Shown piece after piece: positions 40,311 through 50,383 of a stretch of 63,612 bases of DNA; within the stretch, counting starts at the first letter, position 1, and each line of letters begins with the position of its first letter. Source of the stretch: an uncultured Clostridium sp. GTDB lineage: Bacteria; Bacillota; Clostridia; TANB77; CAG-508. The stretch is from contig CABUKD010000005.1 in NCBI GenBank assembly GCA_902492105.1, positions 1 to 63,612 on the forward strand. The letters run 5' to 3'. Under the pieces are notes generated by a model. That model made no database searches. It saw nothing but the letters and a program-made list of their open reading frames with translations, and was not told the DNA's origin. The translations under genes and the position numbers were made by a program.

Positions 40311-41206
40311 GCTCTATTTTTATAAACATTTGCAACATTTCTACAAGATGGAGTATCATATTCAGCATTTAAGTTTTTAGCAATAAAAGGTTTGCCACAA
40401 TGTTTGCAAATTTTAACCTCTTTTCTATCATTAGTTTCATTTAATGCTAAAATAAGTTCTATAGCTTGTTTTAGAGAATTAAAATTCCAATGTAATATTG
40501 CTTTATCTTTTAAATCTAACTCAAAACCTATGCCAAAAGGTCTAAAATCACTAACTAAATTAGCATAAATTATTTTTTTATCTAAATCGTCCTCAGCAAG
40601 ATATTTTTCAGTATCACTAAATACATCATAAAGTAATCTTGCATATGTAATTATAAAAGCGATTTTTTCAGAATATTTCTTTGAAAAAGCTAATCCATAA
40701 ATATTATCTATACCTAGTTCTAAATAAGGATTATTGTTTCCATATAAATTTAATAAATCTTCTTGTGTTAAAGGTTTATTAAAATCAATAGTATTTACTG
40801 ATTTAAAAAATGGACTTATATATTCTTCTAAAGATATAGATTGAACATTGTATGGCTTTTGTAAATATACTTTTCCTTCAGTAACAAAAGTATTATTCAT
40901 AGGAGCATAAGTTATATCTCCAACTAAACCGTATTTTTTAACAAAATCTAATACCATATCTTGAAAAGTTTTTTCAGCACTTAACAATTCACAGTATATA
41001 TCTGATCTAGAATATGAAAGTCTAGCTTCTCTACCAATTAATAAAAAATCAACTAATAAATCCTTAGAATAATCAAAAGGATTATATATTTCATAATCTG
41101 AATCAGTAGTTGGTTGTATATAAAATTCATTATCATATTTTACAATTTCATAATTATCATATTTAACCCATCTTGTACTAAAGTTGGGATTTTTTTCTTT
41201 AATCAT
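40292..41206 (-). CDS. hypothetical protein with C-terminal zinc-ribbon-like CxxC..C and basic tail
   Basis: 304 aa. ..CKHCGKPFIAKNLNAEYDTPSCRNVANVYKNRAKNKAD. No family recognised. Confidence 0.5.
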   Translation of the reverse strand: MIKEKNPNFSTRWVKYDNYEIVKYDNEFYIQPTTDSDYEIYNPFDYSKDLLVDFLLIGREARLSYSRSDIYCELLSAEKTFQDMVLDFVKKYGLVGDITYAPMNNTFVTEGKVYLQKPYNVQSISLEEYISPFFKSVNTIDFNKPLTQEDLLNLYGNNNPYLELGIDNIYGLAFSKKYSEKIAFIITYARLLYDVFSDTEKYLAEDDLDKKIIYANLVSDFRPFGIGFELDLKDKAILHWNFNSLKQAIELILALNETNDRKEVKICKHCGKPFIAKNLNAEYDTPSCRNVANVYKNRAKNKAD

Positions 41207-41396
41207 AAAAACACCTCAAAATTTTATAAAAATCTATTGACTTTTATAAAGAAATATTATACTATGTTATTAATTAAGCATACTTACATAATAACAATGG
41301 TAAAAATGTAAGTTACTAACTCTATTAACATTATACCTTAAAGGAAAGGTATAAGTCAAGTAGAGTAAAAATAAAACCGAAAAGGGAGGTGAAAAT

Positions 41397-41594
41397 ATGG
41401 GGATACCAGAAATTCAAAGAACTACTCTAACAATGAGGGAGGCAGCAGAATATTTAGGAATTTCATACTGGTTAATTAATCAACTAGTAAAAAGAAAACA
41501 AATACCATGCTCTAAAGTTGGTGGAAAATTCTTATTTAGAGTAAAAGCATTGGAAGAGTACTTAAGTGAAAAGGAACAAGCGTCAGTACGATAA
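41397..41594 (+). CDS. excisionase-family helix-turn-helix DNA-binding protein
   Basis: ..LTMREAAEYLGISYWLINQLVKRKQIPCSKVGGKFLFRVKALEEYL.. (HTH_17/MerR-like Xis pattern). TTGACT-17-TATACT promoter near 41236-41265. Confidence 0.75.
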   Translation: MGIPEIQRTTLTMREAAEYLGISYWLINQLVKRKQIPCSKVGGKFLFRVKALEEYLSEKEQASVR

Positions 41595-41613
41595 ATGAAA
41601 GGAGGGCTCATAT

Positions 41614-42114
41614 ATGATCCAAGTACAATGGCTTAAAATTTATACAGATATATTTGATAATGAAAAAATAAAAAAGCTATTAAAAAATAGGGATGGGGAC
41701 ACCTATTGTAGAGTATGGTTTCAATTGCTAACATTAGCTGCAAAAAGTAATCAACATGGAGCTATATTACTTGGAGAAAATATTCCAATGACAATAGATG
41801 ATCTAGCAAGAGTTATGAACAAGACAGTGAATAAACTTACAACGATTATACAACAGTTATGCAATCTTGGCATGATAATTGTAAAAGAAGATACAATCTA
41901 TATAAAAAATTGGGATGTATATCAAAGTACTGATAAACTTGAAAAAATCCAAGAAGATAACAGAAGAAGACAACGAGAATATAGAGAAAGACAAAAGAAA
42001 AATAACGTTACACAAATGTTAGGTAACACAGAAGAAAAGATTAGAGAAGAAAAGATAAAAAATAGAATAGAAGAAGGGACACAATTTGAGAATGAAAGTG
42101 GATTTAAAGACTAA
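41614..42114 (+). CDS. phage/IME replisome organizer N-terminal domain protein
   Basis: ..WLKIYTDIFDNEKIKKLL...GDTYCRVWFQLLTLAAKSN.HGAILL.. matches the replisome-organizer N-terminal pattern. Confidence 0.7.
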   Translation: MIQVQWLKIYTDIFDNEKIKKLLKNRDGDTYCRVWFQLLTLAAKSNQHGAILLGENIPMTIDDLARVMNKTVNKLTTIIQQLCNLGMIIVKEDTIYIKNWDVYQSTDKLEKIQEDNRRRQREYRERQKKNNVTQMLGNTEEKIREEKIKNRIEEGTQFENESGFKD

Positions 42115-42169
42115 AAAAGCAAAAGTAATTCATGAAAAAAGAAATAAAAAAACAAGGAGGAATAAAAGT

Positions 42170-42982
42170 ATGGTTAAAACAAAAATAATAAAAGAATTAA
42201 AATGTGAGTTCTGTGGAAAAGGACTAAGACAAGAAGTTAACACTTGGGTAGTAGGAGGTAAAGAAATTTGTATAAAAAGAATACCAGAAAGATGCAATTG
42301 TAAACAAGCAAAAGAATATTGGAAAGAACAAGATGAGCTTGAAAGAATAAAATTATTAACTAAATTAGAAATTGAAAGAAAAAAGAATATAGAAAGATTA
42401 TATACACTTAGTGGTATGAGTTCTAGATTAAGAAATTATAATTTTGAAAATTATAAAGTAGGTAATGAAAACAAAACAGCATATTTTAAAGCCAAAAAAT
42501 ATGTAGCTGATTTATTAGCAGGTAAGAAATCAAATAGTTTATTTATTACAGGGAATATAGGAACAGGAAAAACACATTTAGCAGCAAGTATAGCAAATGA
42601 ACTAATAAAAAATGGACAACCAGTAATTTTCGGAACATTAATTAATCTATTAACTGAAGTAAAAGATTCATACAGTATTGATGGCGAATATGAAAGTAAA
42701 ATTATAAATAAGTATTCAAAAATTGGTTTACTGATAATAGATGATTTAGGAAAAGAAAGACCAAGTGAGTGGACTTTAGAAAAGTTATTTACAATTATAA
42801 ATAATAGATATGAAAATAACTTACCAGTAATAATAACAACAAATTATAACAGAGAAAAATTGAGAGAAAGGTTAGCTTGTAATAAAAATTATGAGATAGC
42901 AGATTCAATAATTTCAAGATTATATGAAATGTGTAAAGGAATAAATATTACTGGAAAAGATAAAAGAAAAGAGTTAGTATAA
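42170..42982 (+). CDS. DnaC/IstB-like AAA+ ATPase (helicase loader) with N-terminal Cys cluster
   Basis: Walker A GNIGTGKTHLA, Walker B LLIIDDLG. The ATG at 42170 has RBS aaggagg and is preferred over 42086. Confidence 0.8.
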   Translation: MVKTKIIKELKCEFCGKGLRQEVNTWVVGGKEICIKRIPERCNCKQAKEYWKEQDELERIKLLTKLEIERKKNIERLYTLSGMSSRLRNYNFENYKVGNENKTAYFKAKKYVADLLAGKKSNSLFITGNIGTGKTHLAASIANELIKNGQPVIFGTLINLLTEVKDSYSIDGEYESKIINKYSKIGLLIIDDLGKERPSEWTLEKLFTIINNRYENNLPVIITTNYNREKLRERLACNKNYEIADSIISRLYEMCKGINITGKDKRKELV

Positions 42983-43162
42983 GTCGCCAAACAAAATACT
43001 AACTCAACAAATATTCTAAATTAATTTTAATATAAAATGGCTAAAAAGTAAAGTTTTTAGTACAAAAAAATAAAAAATAAAAAATAAAAAATAAGGAGCA
43101 TTAAAGGTACCAAAAAAGTACCTTTAATAACTCCAATAAAATAAAAAAGGAGAGTGCAAGTT

Positions 43163-43519
43163 ATGGATATAACTTATAGAAAAGAAGGAGATTATTATGT
43201 ACCAAATATAAAAGCTCCAGAACAAATAAAAGAATTTAAATTAGAAAAATATAGTGGATTAAGATTGCAATTTTTAAAGGAGCATAGACGTGGTGAATAC
43301 ACATATTTATTGATAGAAAACAAGTTACAAAGTCATCTGTTAGAGGTACAAAAAAATGCAAAAAAGGAATACGAAATGTTAATGAAAGAATTAAAAATAA
43401 AAGAAAATATTACAGAAGAATTGAAGGAAAAAGATCAAATGAAATGGGTAGGTCTTATGAATAATATTAGCAACATTGCAGATGAAATTGTAATAAAAAA
43501 ATATGTATATGAAGAGTAA
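43163..43519 (+). CDS. TnpV-like transposon-encoded protein
   Basis: ..GDYYVPNI...YSGLRLQFLKEHRRGEY..LL...KL..HL.....DQMKWVGLMNNI...ADEIV...Y follows the TnpV pattern of clostridial mobilizable elements. ATG at 43163 with RBS aaggagag. Confidence 0.7.
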   Translation: MDITYRKEGDYYVPNIKAPEQIKEFKLEKYSGLRLQFLKEHRRGEYTYLLIENKLQSHLLEVQKNAKKEYEMLMKELKIKENITEELKEKDQMKWVGLMNNISNIADEIVIKKYVYEE

Positions 43520-43676
43520 TAATGAATAAAAATGCTTAAGTTTCTGTATGAAATTTAGGCATTTTCAATATTTGAAGTTTTATAAATTATGTCTTAGCAA
43601 GCAATGAATTTCATCAGTCGAAATTCAAATATGGGGAAAATTCCCCAATCCCCTTTTTAAGAGAGGAGGAATAAGA

Positions 43677-45062
43677 ATGGCGACTACAAGTTTATGGAAA
43701 GTAGACAAAAGATTAGATCATGTAATTGATTATGCAACAGATGAAAAGAAAACTAAAAATAAGAAATTAGAAGAAAGTGATTATATAATTATGCAAGCAT
43801 TAAACTATGCAACTAATGCAGATAAAACAGAAAAACAATTCTTTGTATCAGGAATAAATTGTGAGCCAAAGACAGCTTTAAAACAAATGATAAAAACTAA
43901 AAAGAAATTTAACAAATATAAATATAGTAAAAGAAATAAGATAATGGCTTTTCATGGATATCAATCTTTTGAAGAAGGAGAAGTTACTCCAGAAGTAGCA
44001 CATGAAATTGGAGTAAAACTTGCTGAAGAAATGTGGGGAGATAGATTTGAAGTTGTAGTATCTACTCATTTAAATACAAAACATATTCATAATCATTTTG
44101 TATTAAATTCTGTATCTTTTGTAGATGGAAAGAAATATTACAGTAATTATGAAAATACTGCACTACTTAGAAGAACATCAGATGATTTATGCGATGAATA
44201 TGGACTTAGAGTTTTGAAAAAAGGTCAGTATAAAAATTACAAGGTGAATTTTGATAAATATTATGAAAGTGCAATACAAAAATCAAGTTATTATACCTTT
44301 GCAAAAGAAGATATTGACTATGCAATAAAACAAGCATGGAGTTATAAGCAATTTATAAATATTTTAAACAATATGGGATATTTTGTGAATATAAGAGCGG
44401 GAAAAATTAGTATAAGGAGAGAACCATATAAAAGAAGTATTAGAGTTGAAAGAGCATTTGGAGAAGAATATTCTTTAGAGAGAATAGAGTATAGAATTTT
44501 ATATACAAATCCAGAAAAAGAAGTATATCCAAAACCTCAAACATGGAATACGAAATTAAAATATAAAGGGACTTTAAAAACAAAACCTAAAGCAAAAGGA
44601 TTAAAGGCATTATATTTGTACTATTGTTACTTATTAAAAGTATTTCCAAAGAAAAACATGCAACACAAATTGACTCCTGAGATGAGAGAGGCTGTAAAGA
44701 AAATGGACGAATATTCTGAACAAACAAGATTGCTATGCAAATATAATATAACAACTCTTAGTGAATTAAATACTTGTAAAAACGATTTTAAATGGGAATT
44801 ACAAGCATTAATAAATGAACGAAAGAAATTATATTACACAAGAGATAAACTGTCTGAAAATCAAAATAAAGAGGAAATACTAAAGGATATTATAACACTA
44901 GGAGAAAAAATTACAAAAGTTAGAAGAAAGATTAAGTTATGTGACAATATAGAAAAACAAAGTTTGGAAAAATTAGAACAAATAAAAGCTTTTGAAAAAA
45001 GACAAAAACAGCAAAAGGAACAAAAGAAAAGCAAGAAAAAAGATAGAAGATATGAAAGATAA
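43677..45062 (+). CDS. relaxase/mobilization nuclease (MobA/VirD2-type)
   Basis: MATTSLW.. N-terminus and the histidine triad STHLNTKHIHNHFVLNS. Coiled-coil K/E-rich C-terminus. Confidence 0.8.
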   Translation: MATTSLWKVDKRLDHVIDYATDEKKTKNKKLEESDYIIMQALNYATNADKTEKQFFVSGINCEPKTALKQMIKTKKKFNKYKYSKRNKIMAFHGYQSFEEGEVTPEVAHEIGVKLAEEMWGDRFEVVVSTHLNTKHIHNHFVLNSVSFVDGKKYYSNYENTALLRRTSDDLCDEYGLRVLKKGQYKNYKVNFDKYYESAIQKSSYYTFAKEDIDYAIKQAWSYKQFINILNNMGYFVNIRAGKISIRREPYKRSIRVERAFGEEYSLERIEYRILYTNPEKEVYPKPQTWNTKLKYKGTLKTKPKAKGLKALYLYYCYLLKVFPKKNMQHKLTPEMREAVKKMDEYSEQTRLLCKYNITTLSELNTCKNDFKWELQALINERKKLYYTRDKLSENQNKEEILKDIITLGEKITKVRRKIKLCDNIEKQSLEKLEQIKAFEKRQKQQKEQKKSKKKDRRYER

Positions 45063-45226
45063 GCCTGGCACAGAAATGTGCCAGAAAATATTTAACAAAT
45101 ATAATAAAAAGTATTGCAAAGAAAACAAATGTTTGATAATATATAAAAAATAAAAATATTGTCAAAAAAATGGAAAAATTTTAAAAAATATGATATAAAA
45201 TATAAATAGAAAAGGAGAGTTATATT

Positions 45227-46360
45227 ATGAATCCAATAATAAAATGGGCTGGAGGTAAAGAAAAGGAATTACCTTATATAAAAGAAAATTTACCTAGTAA
45301 TATAAATAGATATATAGAACCGTTTGTTGGCGGTGGTGCGGTTTATTTTAATTTAAATATTAAAGAATCAATTATAAATGACAAATCAGAAGAATTAATT
45401 AACTTATATAGATGTATAAAAAATCATGATAAAGAGTTTTTTGATAAATTAAAAGCAATATATAAAAACTGGAGATTATTAGAAGGTGTTGTTGAGAATA
45501 ATTCAGAAGAATTATTAAAAATATATAGACAATATTGCAAAGAACTTACTAATAATAGTGAAACAAAAAATATAAAAATAAAATTTAATGATAAAATATA
45601 TGCTTTTGTTATAAAACATGCTGAAGAATTTAATGGGATTTTATCATCTGAATTTAATATAGAGATAGATAACTTCATAAATGAGATTGGTAAAAATCTT
45701 ATATCAAAAATGAATAGGATGTATAAAATAGAGAATCAAAAGCAGAAAATGAATGAAAAAGATACTCTAGACAATATTGAATGTGCATTCAAAAGTGCGT
45801 TTTATATGCATTTTAGACACTTATACAATGAAGCAGAAAATTTAAATATTAATGTGTCTTTTTATACAGCAATTTTTTACTTTATAAGAGAATTTTGCTA
45901 TGCATCAATGTTTAGATACAATAAAAATGGTAAATTTAATGTACCTTATGGAGGAATAAGTTATAATAGAAAAGAATTTATAAAGAAGATAGATTATATA
46001 GGTTCTAAAAAAATAAAAGAATACATGGAAAGTACTAATATATACTGTGATGATTTTGAAAAGTTTCTTGATGAAGTAAAACCAAAAAAAGGAGATTTTA
46101 TATTTTTAGATCCACCATATGATACTGAATTTTCAACATATGCTAAAAATGAATTTGCAAAAAAAGATCAAATAAGACTTTGCGAATATTTGAAAAATAC
46201 TAAAGCTAATATAATGTTAATTATAAAAAATACAGACTTTATTTATAATTTATATAATACTAAAGAATTTAAGATAAGAACATTTGATAAAAAATATCTT
46301 GTAAGTTTTCAAAATAGAAATGATAAAGATGCTGAACATTTATTAATAACAAATTATTAG
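45227..46360 (+). CDS. DNA adenine methyltransferase, Dam/D12 class
   Basis: ..IKWAGGKEKELPYI.., ..EPFVGGGAVYF.. (SAM binding), ..FLDPPYDTEF.. (DPPY catalytic motif). Has a large internal insertion. Confidence 0.85.
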   Translation: MNPIIKWAGGKEKELPYIKENLPSNINRYIEPFVGGGAVYFNLNIKESIINDKSEELINLYRCIKNHDKEFFDKLKAIYKNWRLLEGVVENNSEELLKIYRQYCKELTNNSETKNIKIKFNDKIYAFVIKHAEEFNGILSSEFNIEIDNFINEIGKNLISKMNRMYKIENQKQKMNEKDTLDNIECAFKSAFYMHFRHLYNEAENLNINVSFYTAIFYFIREFCYASMFRYNKNGKFNVPYGGISYNRKEFIKKIDYIGSKKIKEYMESTNIYCDDFEKFLDEVKPKKGDFIFLDPPYDTEFSTYAKNEFAKKDQIRLCEYLKNTKANIMLIIKNTDFIYNLYNTKEFKIRTFDKKYLVSFQNRNDKDAEHLLITNY

Positions 46361-46368
46361 GGGGAATT

Positions 46369-47178
46369 ATGGAAGAATTAAAAAGAAAAGCAATAAATGA
46401 AATTATAGATAGTAGTATAAAAAGTTTTGCAGATGGCTTTGAAATTAGGCATATAAAAGAAGTAAGTGATCCTAATGGAGTAATCAATTCTAAAAAGAAT
46501 AATGTTTTTATTGCTGAACTAGGAGAAGAGTTTATGTTTTATTCTGCATTTGTGAGATCATTTGATTCAAGTTTTGGGAATGTATTGGAAAATGTGGGAA
46601 ATTCAATAGCTAAATTATCTTATGAAGTAAGAGGAAGAATAGAATCGTATTTGTTGCCACAACAAACGCAACATATTGATTATTTAATGACAGTATATAA
46701 TGAGCATCAAACACCAAAAAAGGAAGATTATGAAAATTTTTCTTGGGTAAAACCTAGAGATATTACTAGTTATATGACTAGTCATGAAACTGACAATTAT
46801 TTTTATAGCCCAGAGAAAAAAGAACATTATATAATTGAATTAAAAGCAGGTGGTGACTTAGATAATAAGAAATCAAAAGCTGAAAAAGTAGAATTATTAA
46901 GAGAATATTTCTTATTAAAAAATAAATTAGAAGATAGCGATGAAAAAATAAAAGTATTGTTTGCAACAGCTTACAATAAATTTGGTGAAGGAAACGAATG
47001 GAAACAAAGTCAAGTAAGGCAATATTTTGACGAAAGAGAACTACTTATAGGAAGAGAATATTGGAATTTTGTATGCGATGATGAACACGGGTTTGACATT
47101 GTATTTGAACAATACAGAAAGAGTGCAAATTATATTAAAGAGGCAATTCAAAATATAAAAGCATTGTATTTTGAATAA
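46369..47178 (+). CDS. putative type II restriction endonuclease (PD-(D/E)xK-like; possibly TdeIII-type)
   Basis: Starts 9 nt after the methylase stop. ..D...ELKAGGDLDNKKSKAEK.. resembles an (E/D)-x-K catalytic segment. The family name is from memory only. Confidence 0.5.
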   Translation: MEELKRKAINEIIDSSIKSFADGFEIRHIKEVSDPNGVINSKKNNVFIAELGEEFMFYSAFVRSFDSSFGNVLENVGNSIAKLSYEVRGRIESYLLPQQTQHIDYLMTVYNEHQTPKKEDYENFSWVKPRDITSYMTSHETDNYFYSPEKKEHYIIELKAGGDLDNKKSKAEKVELLREYFLLKNKLEDSDEKIKVLFATAYNKFGEGNEWKQSQVRQYFDERELLIGREYWNFVCDDEHGFDIVFEQYRKSANYIKEAIQNIKALYFE

Positions 47179-47260
47179 AAAATATATACAAAGGAAAAGC
47201 AAAATAATAATGTAATAAAAAATTACTAAATTATTTTGTTTTTTTTTAGAAAGGAAAAAA

Positions 47261-48484
47261 ATGAAAAACATCTTAAAACCTATTTTTGAAATGGTTACAG
47301 GACAATATATATTATTCGATAATATTATATATAATTATATTGCAATAGCTATAATAGGAGTATTAGCTTTTAAAATAGCATGGAACTTGGTAGGGAATTT
47401 ATATGATTCAGGAATAATTATAGGTAGGAGATCTGGATCTTTAATTCATTGGCTAATAAGAATAATTATGTTTATGATTATTTTTTATTTGTTTAGTGCT
47501 ATAATATGGTTAACTAAATTTATTTTTACATATAGAACTACTGTGCTCATAATAATTGGAACTATTGCTGTTTTTGTAATAATATATAAGATTATTAAAA
47601 AGGTAAAAAAAATGAATAAGCCGATTGTATTAAAAGAAAACACAAGAAAAAGAATAAATAACTCCCTTGAGATGGTAAATATAGCAGCAGGAATACTTAG
47701 TACGGCAAATCCAGAATTTAGTATTATTCCAATATTTGTTTATGCTGTTAATAGAACATTAGGACTAGCTAGTCAAGAATATATAACTGAAAGAATAAAA
47801 AAAATTAACGAGAAGTTAGAAGAAAAGAAAATAAATATTAATGATTTTAAAGAGGAAATGTTAAATTTGTCTCAACATAATGAATATATAGTATTAAATC
47901 ATTTACGAAATATAATATTAACATGTATTCCAGAAATGGTAGATATATATATTGAAGTACTTTTGGATTTTATAATGAAAAAAGAATATAAAGAAAAGGA
48001 AGAGATATGTGAAATTGTAAATCAATTAAACAGGAATGACTTAGAACTTTTAAAAATGATAAAAGAATATAGTGAAAATGGAAAAAAAGAATTTTATAAT
48101 AAAAATCAAGAAAAAGAAGATAAGAAAATAAAAGATAACAATGAAATAATTAATAATAAAAATCAAACATTTAAAAGGGTTAATTTTGTTGATAGAAATG
48201 TTGTTATAAACAATAGATATACAATATTTTGGAAAGAATTTGAGAAGTATTATGAACTTCAATCAGCAGAAATGGGATTGATATTACTTTTTAATACTGT
48301 AGATGAAAATGATAAGCCATCTAACAAATGGGCATACATAGGAAGATCATTTATTAAATTACAAAATTTAGGAATAATAGAAATGGATTACATAAATACA
48401 ACAGGAAATATAAATTCATTGAATATAGATAGGTTCCACATTACTCTATTTGGAAAAATAATTTTATCGTATATAAAATTATAG
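47261..48484 (+). CDS. hypothetical membrane protein (3-4 N-terminal TM helices plus ~280-aa cytoplasmic region)
   Basis: RBS gaaagga. No family recognised. IME cargo upstream of the kinase. Confidence 0.5.
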   Translation: MKNILKPIFEMVTGQYILFDNIIYNYIAIAIIGVLAFKIAWNLVGNLYDSGIIIGRRSGSLIHWLIRIIMFMIIFYLFSAIIWLTKFIFTYRTTVLIIIGTIAVFVIIYKIIKKVKKMNKPIVLKENTRKRINNSLEMVNIAAGILSTANPEFSIIPIFVYAVNRTLGLASQEYITERIKKINEKLEEKKININDFKEEMLNLSQHNEYIVLNHLRNIILTCIPEMVDIYIEVLLDFIMKKEYKEKEEICEIVNQLNRNDLELLKMIKEYSENGKKEFYNKNQEKEDKKIKDNNEIINNKNQTFKRVNFVDRNVVINNRYTIFWKEFEKYYELQSAEMGLILLFNTVDENDKPSNKWAYIGRSFIKLQNLGIIEMDYINTTGNINSLNIDRFHITLFGKIILSYIKL

Positions 48485-48657
48485 CTATGTGGGTATTTTG
48501 TTATCTAGAATTAATGTTCTGTATGTATAATCAAATTTTGCAAATGTAAAAGAAAGAGATATTAACTGGTAATTTTATAGAATGAAAAAATAGAAATAAA
48601 ACAAATCAAAAGAATGTTAGATTTATATAATAATTAATAAAAGATAGGAAGGAAAAA

Positions 48658-50175
48658 ATGATTATATCAAAAAATAGTATAATATATGATGAACAAAAAA
48701 ATGAGTATGTAGTTGGAGAGAGAATTGGTGGAGGAGGTTGTTCAGCCGTATTCAAAATAAAAAGTAAAAAAGATGGACAATATTATGCTCTAAAAACATT
48801 CTCCTCTGATTTTGAAGATGAAACAGAGTTAAAAACATTTAGAAACGAAATTGCTAAAGCTATGGGTGTAAAATCAAATTATGTAGTTGAATATAAGTTT
48901 TTTAATGATGGGGAAATTTTCCCAGAATTACCACCATATATAATAATGGAGTATTGCCCTAATGGAACTTTAAGAGATTATTTAACAGGAATTTTAAAAA
49001 GTGAAAAACATATCACTAACGAAGAAATAAAAAATATATTTTCTCAATTAATAAAAGGTATGTCAGATATCAATAAAAAAGTTATTCATAGGGATATAAA
49101 ATTAGAAAATATATTAATTAAGGATAATACATTGAAAATTAGTGATTTTGGAATTTCAAAAAGTGTTGTAGACACAACTAGAACAATTACATTTAAAGGA
49201 TGGGGCACACCAGAATATATTGCACCAGAAGGATGGAAATCAGAGAGTAATACCATAAAGATGGATATATATTCAATGGGAATTGTTTTTTATCAGGTTG
49301 CAACATTACTACAATATCCATATAATGTAAAAGATAAAGATTACAGGGAAGCACATCTGTATGAAACACCTATTAGTCCTAGAAGATATAATACAGGCTT
49401 AGAGTTAAACTTAGAATCCATAATATGTAAAATGCTAGAAAAGGAACCTAGTAAAAGATTTAATAATTGGGAAGAAATTAAAAATTTAATAGAAGTGGAA
49501 AAAACTAACAATAATGCAGAATTATTAAATAGGATTATTAGAAAAAGAATGGATATAGATGAAAGAAATAGAAAAATGGAAATAGAAGAAACAAAAAAGC
49601 AAGAAGCAATAGATGAAAAGAAAAAAATGATAAGTTATAGTATTTATGAAAATATCTATATACCAATAAAGGAATTGATAGATGATTTTAATAAGACATA
49701 TGCATCTGGAAAAATTGCTCTTTCGACATATAAAGTAGGAATAAATAGGATAAATCAAATTCAAGCAAATACAGTTTCAGGGAAAAGATTAAATATCATA
49801 ATTAATATAATAATAGAAGATAAATTTGAACAAGAATATCAAGATCCATTTTTTGGTCAATGGTATAAAAAAGAATATAGACCTAAACTAAATAATAAAG
49901 AAATATTGGCATGGGGATCGGTTTATTTTGAAGATTTATTATCTTATAATTTAATTTTATTAGATGATGAAAAAAATATGTACGGTAAATGGTATCAACT
50001 AAAAAACAAAAATGCAGTATTTAATCCAGAACCAAGATATCCAGAACCTTTTGCTTTTGATTTTAACGAATTAGAGGAAGAGATACAACAAATAAATTCT
50101 ACACATATATATACATCTTGCCTAGAAGAATTTAATAAAGAAGAACTATTAAACAATATAGAAGGTATTATATAA
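48658..50175 (+). CDS. Hanks-type Ser/Thr protein kinase with unknown ~220-aa C-terminal domain
   Basis: G-loop GGGGCSAV, YALK, HRDIKLENILI, DFGISK, GTPEYIAPE, and ..MLEKEPSKRF.. . Confidence 0.85.
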   Translation: MIISKNSIIYDEQKNEYVVGERIGGGGCSAVFKIKSKKDGQYYALKTFSSDFEDETELKTFRNEIAKAMGVKSNYVVEYKFFNDGEIFPELPPYIIMEYCPNGTLRDYLTGILKSEKHITNEEIKNIFSQLIKGMSDINKKVIHRDIKLENILIKDNTLKISDFGISKSVVDTTRTITFKGWGTPEYIAPEGWKSESNTIKMDIYSMGIVFYQVATLLQYPYNVKDKDYREAHLYETPISPRRYNTGLELNLESIICKMLEKEPSKRFNNWEEIKNLIEVEKTNNNAELLNRIIRKRMDIDERNRKMEIEETKKQEAIDEKKKMISYSIYENIYIPIKELIDDFNKTYASGKIALSTYKVGINRINQIQANTVSGKRLNIIINIIIEDKFEQEYQDPFFGQWYKKEYRPKLNNKEILAWGSVYFEDLLSYNLILLDDEKNMYGKWYQLKNKNAVFNPEPRYPEPFAFDFNELEEEIQQINSTHIYTSCLEEFNKEELLNNIEGII

Positions 50176-50284
50176 AAATTTAATAATTATGAAAAGAATA
50201 TATAAAAATCCAAAGTTTTTTCAAAAATTTGAAAAAACTCTTTTAAAATCTTAATAGTTGTCAAGAAATCAAACTAATTACAGC

Positions 50285-50332
50285 TTAAAGTGCAATTCTG
50301 CAACTTTAAAGTGCAAAAATTGCACTTTAAAG
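50285..50332. promoter_or_regulatory. operator-like repeats upstream of the fic gene
   Basis: TTAAAGTGCAA occurs three times: a direct copy at 50285, then the perfect palindrome ctttaaagtgcaa-aaa-ttgcactttaaag at 50304-50332. Confidence 0.55.
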
Positions 50333-50383
50333 TTGATATTATATATATAATTTGATATAATATATGTGTGGGAGGGATTTCTA

